A stretch of DNA of 58,402 nt, counting the filler, from Nemertoderma westbladi (taxonomy: Eukaryota > Animalia > Xenacoelomorpha), in the NCBI GenBank assembly GCA_032718475.1. It is 2 parts of 2 records of this genome, joined end to end, with 100 filler letters (N's around TTAATTAATTAA, not from the genome) between each part and the next. Parts side by side here need not be neighbours in the genome. Positions count along the whole stretch, not along the records: positions 30,123 to 58,402 come from JAUCBJ010007368.1; 1 more part is not named here. One strand, written 5' to 3'. Position numbers and translations under genes: made by a program. This document shows positions 47,640 to 58,402 of this stretch, one piece after another; within the stretch, counting starts at the first letter, position 1, and every line of letters begins with the position of its first letter. Under the pieces are notes generated by a model that saw only the letters and a list, made by a program, of their open reading frames with translations, did not search any database and was not told the DNA's origin.

Positions 47640-48090
47640 CCATTAATAAACAAGCAAAGTAAAACTTACTTGTTCGAGGAGGTCAAACTCATAAGATTTT
47701 GTTGATGTCTTAGAGATGAAATATTGACAAAGAAAAAGAGAACGTTCCATTCGAAATTCGTAAATGATTGAAAAACGAACGAACTTTTTACCTGCGGGGA
47801 TGGTTTAACTTCAGTTTTAGCTTCAAAAATTATTTGATTTCTTAAAGCGATAAATTATTGAAGAAAGAGGGTTGCATCCTTTGTGAGTTGATTTCGTTTT
47901 GCGTTGTTCCAGAAAGGTAAGTGGCGTTCGTTGCAGCCCGTTTGTCAAGGAGACGACGCAGGAACGAGGCAGTTTCACTTAGCTAATGAGGCAAACAGTT
48001 CCGGAAAGTTCCCTCTCTCTCTTTGTGCATTCTAGTCCGATCCGTTTCCAAGCTGAACTCCCATGAAGAACAATTCGCTGATTGCGGAGT
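47640..48090 (-). pseudogene. hAT (ZMYM1/DUF4371-like) transposase remnant
   Basis: Manual translation across stops and frameshifts: ERGNFPELFASLAK*, LRRLLDKRAATNATYLSGTTQNEI, LEQVSFTLLVY. These fit the GNF.EL, NATYLSP.IQNE and EQLS motifs. Confidence 0.6.
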
Positions 48091-48096
48091 TTAAAA

Positions 48097-49065
48097 TTGT
48101 AGGGCGAACGACGAAAGTAAGCGAGCTTAGCATACAGGTACCACTAACTCAATCAGTGTGTCTGTTGTTCTGTTGTGTTCAATTTTAAACGTTAATAACT
48201 CAGGAAAATCTGCATAAAATATATCCAATCTTGGTACATATGTAGTCTGGCAAAAGTTTAGAAATTTTCAAAGTTGAATTTGCGTGGGGTCTTCGTGCAG
48301 CATCTGTGTAACTGTCTTGCAGTGATAATAAATAAATTTATCTATCCAAAAATTATTATCCTTGGCATTAGCTGGTTGCTAGGAGACTGCAGGATATATC
48401 AGGTCGGTTTGAAATTCAGCAATACCGGTACAATGCAGCAATAATGTGGCCTGGGGAAGTGTGGAAGGCCTATTTCACTTTCAGCCATTCCAGCATTTCC
48501 AGTTTGCAGAGTTCAGAGTACGACACCGGTACCATGAGATGTCTGTACTCAGTATCGGTACTGCTCACACCGCCTCTGTCTGTCGCAGTGTCGTTGGCGA
48601 CCTCGACTTTTGGTATCGCTACTGCGCTAGCGTTAGGGGCAAACTGGACTAACCGATGAGCGAGACCCGAGGACTGAAGAATGCGGCACTTGTGTCAAAT
48701 AGGGGACCCTGCTACCCTGCTAATCCTGAAATCACATAAACTGAAGTCACTAGTGCGCGGTTAGTAAAGGAGCACGTTACAGAGGCGAGTTGAAAGAAAC
48801 CAAAACGATAAACGAGAGTTAGGAATAGTGTTATCACCTGCGGAGGATTTGAAGAGATTTAATTTTTTGAGTAGTTTGACTATGGACTTCTATGACATCG
48901 TTGCCAAGCTGTTAATGCGAGAGTTTTTTTTAAGTAAAAGTTTGGTTAAATTTTCTTAATTATTTATTTAAATTTCTTAAGTACCGATTTTGGGATAGAA
49001 TTGCTCAATTTTAATCTGTATCTAATAACTGAGCCTCGTCCTGCGCGATGGCCCCACGAACGTGT
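48097..49065 (-). mobile_element. DINE-1/HINE-like element, copy B
   Basis: Reverse-complement homolog of 42256-43338 with different internal indels and a single terminal unit. Confidence 0.65.
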
Positions 49066-49588
49066 CCTTTATTGAATAAGTTTTGCATTGGATTTGAATA
49101 CTTTTCAGTTTCTTTTGTAACTCCATTTATTTAGATTTTTTATACAGTATTACTGAATAGAGTGAAACAGGAGGGCGTATATATTCAGATCGAATACTGC
49201 TCCTGGGTATTTATAATTACATGAACTGGGTTTGGCTGAAGTTGCAACTGTAATGAGATTTTTTCCCACTTCTGCATAAAATCATATTATTTTATTTATT
49301 ACAGTTGCATTTTATCAGCTCAACCCCAAATTCAATTAAATGTTATCACCTGGAAGCAAAAAATGTCTCAGACGATATTGCACCAGTCGCACCGCAGTCT
49401 TATTGTGGTTAGCTGCACTTATGTAAGGTGACGCAGGAATGAAATAATAACTGAACTGGGTAGATATGCCGGTAGGCGTTCTTAAGTTGCATGGATCTGG
49501 GTAAGGCTATTATTATTTTTACTTCATATCCTGGAACCCTATGTGTTTATTAATGCATTTTTTTTAATATAAACATTTATCCCAATCG

Positions 49589-50791
49589 CGGCATGCTGCA
49601 TTGCAGCTGCAGTACATATATATATATTACATATATATTAAGAATGCTGTGCCGGCTTATCGACAAAATTGCGCCGCCACAACTCCCTATCACGCATGAC
49701 ATTTGCTAGATCATCCGCATCTTTAAGGCCAGTGTCCTTTAAGATGCGTCTCTAGAAAGTCATGGGCTGTCCACCATGCTTATTCACTCCATGAGGCAAA
49801 GCACAAGATTATGCACTGCCTGGACCTCACGGCGAAAGCAATGTCCTGCAAAGCGGAGGGGGCTTTGTTCTAGTATCAAGCTTGGGGGAACTAATGAGAC
49901 ACCTCCAATGTTATATAGTGTCTGGTAGGAGATGGATTGTATTTGACACTGTGACCCCGGCGTAGCATTCTTGTGCATGTACCATGCAGAGATTTGGTGT
50001 CCTCAGCAGTTAGAGCCCAGCATGGACTCCCATAGAGGAGTACTGGAACTACTGCTGCTCTAAATAATCGGACCTTAACTTTCCGACGAATTCTATGTGA
50101 CTTCCAAATCCAGGAAATCCCATTCAAGGCTGCCCATGCCTTTCCCTTACGTATTCGAAGGTCCTCACCTGACTTCCGGATCCATGATCCCAGGTAACAG
50201 AAGTCGTCCACATGCTCAAGCATACCATCCTTTGAGCTTATGCTCATCCGATCAGAGACTTGCTGAGGACTTTCAAAGTTAACTGTCAAAATTATGGTCT
50301 TTTTGGAGTTAATAAAAAGACCCACACTAGAAGCAGCATGTTCTAATGAGCTGAGGAGCCGTTGGGCTCCCTCTAGTGATTCTGAGAGTACTCCTAAGTC
50401 ATCAGCAAAGTCTAGATGATCTAGATGATCCCAGGTAACAGAAGTCGTCCACATACTCAAGCATACCATCCTTTGAGCTTATGCTCATCCGATCAGAGAC
50501 TTGCTGAGGACTTTCAAAGTTAACTGTCAAAATTATGGTCTTTTTGGAGTTAATAAAAAGACCAACACTAGAAGCAGCCTGTTCTAATGAACTGAGGAGC
50601 CGTTGGGCTCCTTCTAGTGATTCTGAGTTCTGAGAGTACTCCTAATTCATCAGCAAATTCTAAATCATTTAGGTACTTGGCAGGATTTCCTCGACTTCTT
50701 CAGCCTGTAGGTGGAGATACTGTACCATCACCCAATCATCATTATGATGATCTAAGGACATGCTTAGAACATACCTGTAGTCAACAACAAT
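49589..50791 (-). mobile_element. RTE LINE 3' fragment with an internal ~240-bp tandem duplication
   Basis: Near-identical to 22840-23770 (LDFADD, FCYLGSWI); the segment starting at 50184 recurs at 50425; TA-rich insert in the 3' UTR. Confidence 0.92.
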
Positions 50792-52689
50792 TTATTGCAA
50801 ACGGATAGAAAAGAGTAACAGAGAGCACAAAATGAGTATGAAAAACTAAACAGGAATTAATATTTATGTATGATTTATTTAGGAATAGATACCTGTCCTG
50901 TAGGTATATTGAATTATTGTTCCCAGGATCACGGCTAATGTTAAATATTATTTGTATTGATTAAATAGAATAAAATTACATCCAGCGATTAAATAAACAT
51001 GCAATATTAGAACGCCCATATGTAAGCTATTTCTCAATGCAATTTATATAATGTTGCAATTTCGAAATGTTTGCAACGTTGCATTTCCATCTATTATAGC
51101 AACAAAATAAAAATAAAATAAGATTGAATAAAATGTATGCGGTGCAACTGGTGAAATACACTGAACGACACTTTCTAACAACGTTTGTAGTGAAAGATTG
51201 AAAGAGAAAATTACAATTAAAATTATGTCTCGCCACTACGAATTCGGGAGATGAATCTGGCTGTGTTACAATTTAATATTTGTACAGGGGCCTCCAGGTC
51301 GAGAAACCAGGTAGTATTGTATGTGCAGTAGCAATCTGTGTAACTAAATGTTGAGTAGTAAAGTAATCGTAGATAAGATACCCCATCCCATATACTAGAA
51401 CGCCATCAAGATGGCTTTAAACGAACCTGTCTTACACAGACTCCAAGAAACAGATGGGATTGGAAGATGCAAACCAAGAATGACTTGCATCAACCAAAAA
51501 ACTGCCTCCCATCTAATGTAATACACATTCGCCTAGGCAAACAAATCATAATCACAATTACTACGATGATGTGTGAAATGGTATCCATATCCGCAACCTG
51601 AGAAACGGCCCAAAAGAGCAGTTTATTCTGCGGAGGGGTCTTTTCTGTATTAGATAAATAAAATAAAGAACACTATAATTACAGTATTTATACCTGATAC
51701 ATTCTCAGTTAGCCTAATAAAAACATCGGAGCAACCAATATAATGTACATGTACAAGCATCCTATGAAAGTTTGTGAAATGTTCCCTTAAGTCTACCCAA
51801 CAGCCGTTGGTACCCGGCTGGCAGCCACCCTGGTTCAGTTTTATGGTTTTGTTAGTTTAATCGACAGCTGTTGTAAACGTCCCAGATATACAAAACCTAC
51901 TAAGCCTTTGCATTACAATTGACCTTAGCCTAAGTTGATGACAGTATTATAACGATGACAATTAGGCCCTATAGATACATACGATATATAAATGATGTAC
52001 TGCTTGACATTACACTAACTGGCTGAATAGAGATAGAACTATAATAATACGTTTGGCATTCTGTCAGATTTCAGTAGTAAGTAACCTCATAATAATTGCT
52101 AAATATCAATCACCTGAAAAACATTTCAAGCAAGGGAGTTGTGGGTATTTAATTTCGCGTTCAATAATGTTGAAAATATTTCGAATATCGCACTTCGAAT
52201 CGTTCCCAACTTTTTTATTCAACAACTAGACAACAATTGATAAATACTTGCGTTTACAATTTTACAATGCATGCAAGTGGTTTCAAGCCATTTGGTGAAC
52301 ATACATAGTGACATATATAGTGATATAGTGATATAGGTAAATATATATATCCATCGTGTTTTTGCCGGCCTCAGCTTTAGACAAAAACTACCCAGTCTAA
52401 AGACAGGTTCGTTATTAGTCCCAAAATTATTCGCGTTTTAATTTTATTTTTTATTGTTATTAAAAGGAACTTATTTTCGACTGGAGAGTACCTGTACGAG
52501 TATTTTGGGAGCAGCCAGATAGCATTTTTGTGCTAATAATTGCAGTAAATAGTAAATTAAGTAACATAGAAAAACAAATACACAATTAGCTCTTCTTATA
52601 AGCCAGAAAGCAGTCGATAAGGTTAATTGTTGTGCTACAACACAAATATTCGAATAATGCAGATGGTAAACAATAATTCAGGTCGTTAA

Positions 52690-53733
52690 ATGAATAATAT
52701 AGGTGGGAGAAACAATAATACAGGTGGGAGAAACAATAATACAGGTGGGGGAAACAATAATACAGGTGGGGGAAACAATAATACAGGTGGGGGAAACAAT
52801 AATACAGGTGGGGGAAACAATAATACAGGTGGGGGAAACAATAATACAGGTGGGGGAAACAATAATACAGGTGGGGGAAACAATAATACAGGTGGGGGAA
52901 ACAATAATACAGGTGGGGGAAACAATAATACAGGTGGGGGAAACAATAATACAGGTGGGGGGAACAATAATACAGGTGGGGGAAACAATAATACAGGTGG
53001 GGGAAACAATAATACCGGTGGGGAAATAATAATATAGGTGGTGGAAACAATACTACAGGTGGGGGAAAAAATAATACAGGGGGGGGGGTGGAAACAATAA
53101 TACAGGTGGGGGAAACAATAATAGAGGTGGGGGAAACAATAATACAGGTGGGGGAAACAATAATACAGGTGGGGGAAACAATAATACAGGTGGGGGAAAC
53201 AATAATACAGGTGGGGGAAACAATAATACAGGTGGGGGAAACAATAATACAGGTGGGGGAAACAATAATACAGGTGGGGGAAACAATAATACAGGTGGGG
53301 GAAACAATAATACAGGTGGGGGAAACTATAATACAGGTGGGGGAAACAATAATACAGGTGGGGGAAACAATAATACAGGTAGGGGGAAACAATAATAGGG
53401 GGTGGGGGAAACAATAATACAGGTGGGGGAAATAATAATACAGGTGGGGGAAACAATAATACAGGTGGGGGAAACAATAATACAGGTGGGGGAAACAATA
53501 ATACAGGTAGGGGGAAACAATAATACATGTGGGGGGAAACAATAATACAGGTGGGGGAAACAATAATACAGGTGGGGGAAACAATAATACAGGTGGGGGG
53601 AAACAATAATACAGGTGGGGAAAACAATAATACAGGTGGGAAAACAATAATACAGGTGGGGGGAACAATAATACAGGTGGGGGGAACAATAATACAGGTG
53701 GGGGAAACAATAATACAGGTGGGGGGAATAATA
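52690..53733. repeat. 21-bp G-tract minisatellite (AAACAATAATACAGGTGGGGG)
   Basis: About 49 units with variable G-run length. Confidence 0.96.
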
Positions 53734-54144
53734 ATTAAGTAACAATTAATTATTTCCTCATAATGCCAATAGGGTGATTTATCTTATGGAAGGTATGCCT
53801 ATGGCTACATAATATTTGGTGAAAAAATTTTTTATTGGTGATTGATTGAAATTCGTGAGTTCCGACATTTTTTCATAGAAGTCAATTAAAATGTCAACAT
53901 TGATACACACGATACTCTTATGTTCAATAAATTGAACTTTAACTGTAAATTGAATTATCTGATAGATTTTGTTACTGAAATCGAATTTCAGCTTGTTTAA
54001 TTTGTAGGAAACTAATTTTTGCTAAGGTAAAAAACACAATTAATATCAGTCTAACCTTTCTTTTGTTGAGATAAGCTGAATGTCGAATGTGTTGATTGTA
54101 CACTAGATCTGTACACTGATGTTAGGCTACATATGATTGGTGGT

Positions 54145-54715
54145 ACAGTCCATAGCGTTAATTTTTGTCGGTCACGGAAGCGTTCTGTCACTTTATGGGG
54201 GTTTTCAGTACCACAAATTCTGCAGTTCCACCGATTGACAGCGCCACTCAGGTGAAATGTTGCCTCATCGCTAAAGTAAATGTGGGCCGGATCTTTATCT
54301 TCTAAATAAAGCAGAATAGCGTCAGAAGCGCTCACTCTGCTGGAATAGTCGTTGGATTTGAGCCCGTGTAGCATCTGGAATTTTATATGGTCGAAATTTC
54401 AGTTTTTTGGCAATCCTTTGAGTGGAGCTTCTGCTAACCCTTACAGGACACACGGCGCAAAGAGGTTTCTGGATATGTTAGGAAGTTAGTTTTAATAGCA
54501 GAAACTTTCTCTTGGCTAATCGAAGGCCTTTGGGAGCCTGATTTTCGTAACAAAGTTTTCTCACTCTCAAATTTTCTTACAAGACGCGATATATCAGGAT
54601 CTCGTAGGACGCCGAACACCTACGAACTGGTAAGAAAATTCTAACTTTGTAAACTTGGAAGACTGCTTTCGGTATTATAGGTATTAACAAAACCTTTTCA
54701 TTCGACTGTAAACAT
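54145..54715 (-). pseudogene. Tc1/mariner transposase remnant (rosa/DD41D-like)
   Basis: ISRLVRKFE...RPS...PETSLRRVS (HTH region), LKFRPYKI, FSDEATFHLSGAVNRWNCRICGTENP; frameshifted and truncated after the first catalytic Asp. Confidence 0.8.
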
Positions 54716-54724
54716 TGCAGGAAT

Positions 54725-54848
54725 ATTGGCTACTCTAGTAACGACCTATAACCTTTTGTTGGGAACAGCTTTTGCAAAGTCGGCAATGACGTCCAGGTGG
54801 GATTCCGGGTTGGAAGTCTGACGCTCTAACCAATCAGCTAGCGGCTCA
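54725..54848 (-). mobile_element. Degenerate tRNA-headed SINE-like fragment
   Basis: Minus strand GAGCCGCTAGCTGATTGGTTAGAGCGTCAGACTTCCAA is tRNA D-arm/anticodon-like; the B box is damaged. Confidence 0.45.
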
Positions 54849-54967
54849 GGTAAAATATAGACCTGGAAATACTATCTGATACCTTGACCCCACAATACTT
54901 GGTCGTCATTAACCACACTATTAACTTTAACCACACGCGACAAACTGTCAATCCGATTATTTAGTTG

Positions 54968-56542
54968 TCGGTTTTTATACAAAGAAAATTTAACAAACTA
55001 AACAAATACTTCGGTTTGTATGCAAAGAAAATTTAACAAACTAAACAAATACTTCGGTTTGTATACAAAGAAAATTTAACAAACTAAACAAATACTTCGG
55101 TTTGTATACAAAGAAAATTTAACAAACTAAACAAATACTTCGGTTTGTATACAAAGAAAATTTAACAAACTAAACAAAAACTTCGGTTTGTATACAAAGA
55201 AAATTTAACAAACTAAACAAATACTTCGGTTTGTATACAAAGAAAATTTATCAAACTAAACAAATACTTCGGTTTGGATACAAAGAAAATTTAACAAACT
55301 AAACAAATACTTCGGTTTGTATGCAAAGAAAATTTAACAAACTAAACAAATACTTCGGTTTGTATACAAAGAAAATTTAACAAACTAAACAAATACTTCG
55401 GTTTGTATACAAAGAAAATTTAACAAACTAAACAAATACTTCGGTTTGTATACAAAGAAAATTTAACAAACTAAACAAAAACTTCGGTTTGTATACAAAG
55501 AAAATTTAACAAACTAAACAAATACTTCGGTTTGTATACAAAGAAAATTTATCAAACTAAACAAATACTTCGGTTTGGATACAAAGAAAATTTAACAAAC
55601 TAAACAAATACTTCGGTTTGTATACAAAGAAAATTTAACAAACTAAACAAATACTTCGGTTTGTATACAAAGAAAATTTAACAAACTAAACAAATACTTC
55701 TGTTTGTATACAAAGATAATTTAACAAACTAAACAAATACTTCGGTTTGTATGCAAAGAAAATTTAACAAACTAAACAAATACTTCGGTTTGTATACAAA
55801 GAAAATTTAACAAACTAAACAAATACTTCGGTTTGTATACAAAGAAAATTTAACAAACTAAACAAATACTTCGGTTTGTATGCAAAGAAAATTTAACAAA
55901 CTAAACAAATACTTCGGTTTGTATACAAAGAAAATTTAACAAACTAAACAAATACTTCGGTTTGTATACAAAGAAAATTTAACAAACTAAACAAATACTT
56001 CGGTTTGTATACAAAGAAAATTTAACAAACTAAACAAATACTTCGGTTTGTATACAAAGAAAATTTAACAAACTAAACAAATACTTCGGTTTGTATACAA
56101 AGAAAATTTAACAAACTAAACAAATACTTCGGTTTGTATACAAAGAAAATTTAACAAACTAAACAAATACTTCGGTTTGTATACAAAGAAAATTTAACAA
56201 ACTAAACAAATACTTCGGTTTGTATACAAAGAAAATTTAACAAACTAAACAAATACTTCGGTTTGTATGCAAAGAAAATTTAACAAACTAAACAAATACT
56301 TCGGTTTGTATACAAAGAAAATTTAACAAACTAAACAAAAATACTTCGGTTTGGATACAAAGAAAATTTAACAAACTAAACAAATACTTCGGTTTGTATA
56401 CAAAGAAAATTTAACAAACTAAACAAATACTTCGGTTTGTATACAAAGAAAATTTAACAAACTAAACAAATACTTCGGTTTGTATACAAAGAAAATTTAA
56501 CAAACTAAACAAATACTTCGGTTTGTATACAAAGAAAATTTC
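54968..56542. repeat. 43-bp minisatellite (CAAAGAAAATTTAACAAACTAAACAAATACTTCGGTTTGTATA)
   Basis: About 36 near-identical units. Confidence 0.96.
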
Positions 56543-57289
56543 CATGCTTTTTTTGTAATTAGGCCGCAGTAGTTTAAGTTTGCCTTAGAAAACGGAGTTT
56601 TGGAATATCTATGCTGAGAGCAAAGTTAGTAATAATTTCCCAAGACGTTTGGCCGGATGTAGACATTTTCTGAAATGGAAATCATTAGAAAATATAATAT
56701 AATTCCCATGACAACAGATTCTTTCTGAAAACCTTTCCAAACCAATCCCTGTTCCATGTACGAGTAGGCCTAGTAGCTTGTACTTATGTACAACATGTAT
56801 CCAAGGTAAGGTGAAGAACAAAGACATACAAATGCTGTATAAGTTGTAGTGGTAATTAGTCACGAAGTATGTCCACCAAATAAAGAAGGTTGACATTGGA
56901 CGCCGCACGCTATTCGTATTACACCTTGGTTCAAAACTACCCCTTTTCATATTTCTACACCAAAACAAGTGAATGGTCCCAAAAAACAACTGTCTGTACC
57001 AAACCCAAAATTAATACATTTTCACCAAAATCACAAAAACATATTCCCCAAAAATAAATGCCGACTTTTCTAACCAATGAACGATATCATTGAAAAATTA
57101 TAAAATAAGCAGATTAGAGTGTCTATGGAAAATACATTATATTTAAAACATTTTGTATGAACATGTATTTGGTGCGGGAATATGACGGTAAACACCACTA
57201 ATTAGATGAGGCCATAGGACTGATGAACCATGATGTTGTCATCAAGGGGGGTACTTGCTTCCAAATATTTTTTTTTCATCTAGAGCAGA

Positions 57290-57790
57290 TTTTTATCAAG
57301 ATTCCAAATATGAAACCCGTTTAGCCAAATCTGTCTTACTTCTTCAGATATGGCTGTCTGTACGTTTTACTGTCGGTTTGGTCTGACTTCATTTCTGATG
57401 CTCAAGCCTCTCTTCTGTCTGTATGCCTGCCTTCATTCTGTCCGTCAAAATATATCGCAGTAAAGCCATACAGACAATTTGGATGTCATAAAATATTAAA
57501 TCTGACACTCGAAATGAATTCTGCAACCAGGAAAACCCCTATACTAAACTTTTAGCTAGATGTCTGCACTTTTCTTATATTTAACGGACAGATTGTCGGA
57601 TAGTCAGAAAGACCGACAGACAGACAAACAGACTAGCAGCTAAATTTCATTAAAAGTGAAATCTGACCTCAGAAATGAAATCAGCGACCAGGAAAACCCC
57701 CATGAGCAATATTCTTAGCATGATTTTGTGGTTTCGTGTTGCTACATTTAATGACAGACATTTTCACATATTAACAGACAATTTTTGCGC
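57290..57790. mobile_element. Degenerate Helitron/HINE-like fragments
   Basis: AAATCTGAC...GAAATGAA...CAGGAAAACCCC occurs twice (about 57498 and 57659) with GACA and CTGT microsatellites. Confidence 0.4.
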
Positions 57791-58402
57791 GGGAAGGTTC
57801 AAACTTTAAAGGCAATTATCACGGAATTGTATTTTTCCATTTTAAAACACATCTCCTCCGCCATTTTTCAACTAATTTGCAAGTTTTTGGTATCAAATGA
57901 AAGCTACTAGTGTGCGAAATAATAAAATTCGAGCAGTTTTTTTTAGTTTTTTAATAATTGTTCATCTGTTATGACATTTTTTACGATAAAAAACGGTATT
58001 TTCCTATAAAAGTATGAAACTAAAATTCTGCTCGATTTTTTTTAAGTAATCGACCATGCTGATTCCAAAAAAACAGGTTAAAACTTCTGAAAATAAAGCA
58101 TAGAGTATCATTTTAAGTCAAAAATGTAAATTATGGCCCTGGCCGTTAAGGGGCGTCAAAAATGATTTTTTTTTAAATATTACAATCCAATATAGTCCAC
58201 CAAAAGTGTATCCAACACTTTTTTCTACTTAAGCGCTCTTTGGTGCAGAAAGCAATTCAAAATGTTGACTTCCAAGCCATTACCCCCCCCCCCCCCCCCG
58301 CCCCTTAAGGTATTGGATTTGTTCTTGACACTTCAGTCAACCCGCGGTTTATACTTCCACATCGGAAAAACTGAGAAAAAATGTTTCATATGCAATGTTC
58401 TA

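Noticed and set aside
52586-53745. Long ORFs (374 aa, 313 aa and others)
   Set aside because: They are translations of the 21-bp repeat, open in many frames on both strands.
56609-56989. 126-aa ORF or possible host exon
   Set aside because: No recognisable domain or consistent splice structure.
58146-58308. TTAA-flanked mini element with GGGGCG/CGCCCC ends
   Set aside because: The inverted repeat is only 6 bp in low-complexity sequence and could be chance.

Overview
AT-rich eukaryotic (probably invertebrate animal) repeat-dense DNA. No host gene is confidently recognisable. Two contigs are joined by an artificial 100-bp N/TTAATTAATTAA/N linker at 30023-30122. The left contig is a nest of retroelements: the 5' end of a Ty3/Gypsy (Mag-like) element, a complete non-autonomous BEL/Pao element (2327-14740; 1.25-kb LTRs, GTGTT TSD, intact Gag-protease ORF, no RT or integrase), a second Gag-only BEL/Pao element with a coding 21-bp minisatellite where pol should be, two RTE LINE insertions, and an LTR-element remnant whose long ORF combines a DEDDy 3'-5' exonuclease with three CCHC zinc knuckles. 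The right contig holds a third LTR of the first BEL family, RTE, CRE, hAT and mariner remnants, tRNA-derived SINEs, foldback MITEs, two DINE-1/HINE-like elements and several minisatellites, two of which visibly derive from TE ends. Top leads: (1) the complete BEL element has no tRNA primer-binding site; the 12 nt after its 5' LTR are perfectly complementary to a 12-mer kept in all three LTR copies, suggesting Tf1-like self-priming in BEL/Pao; (2) the LTR-borne DEDDy exonuclease/zinc-knuckle gene. All family calls come from reading motifs by eye; no searches were run.
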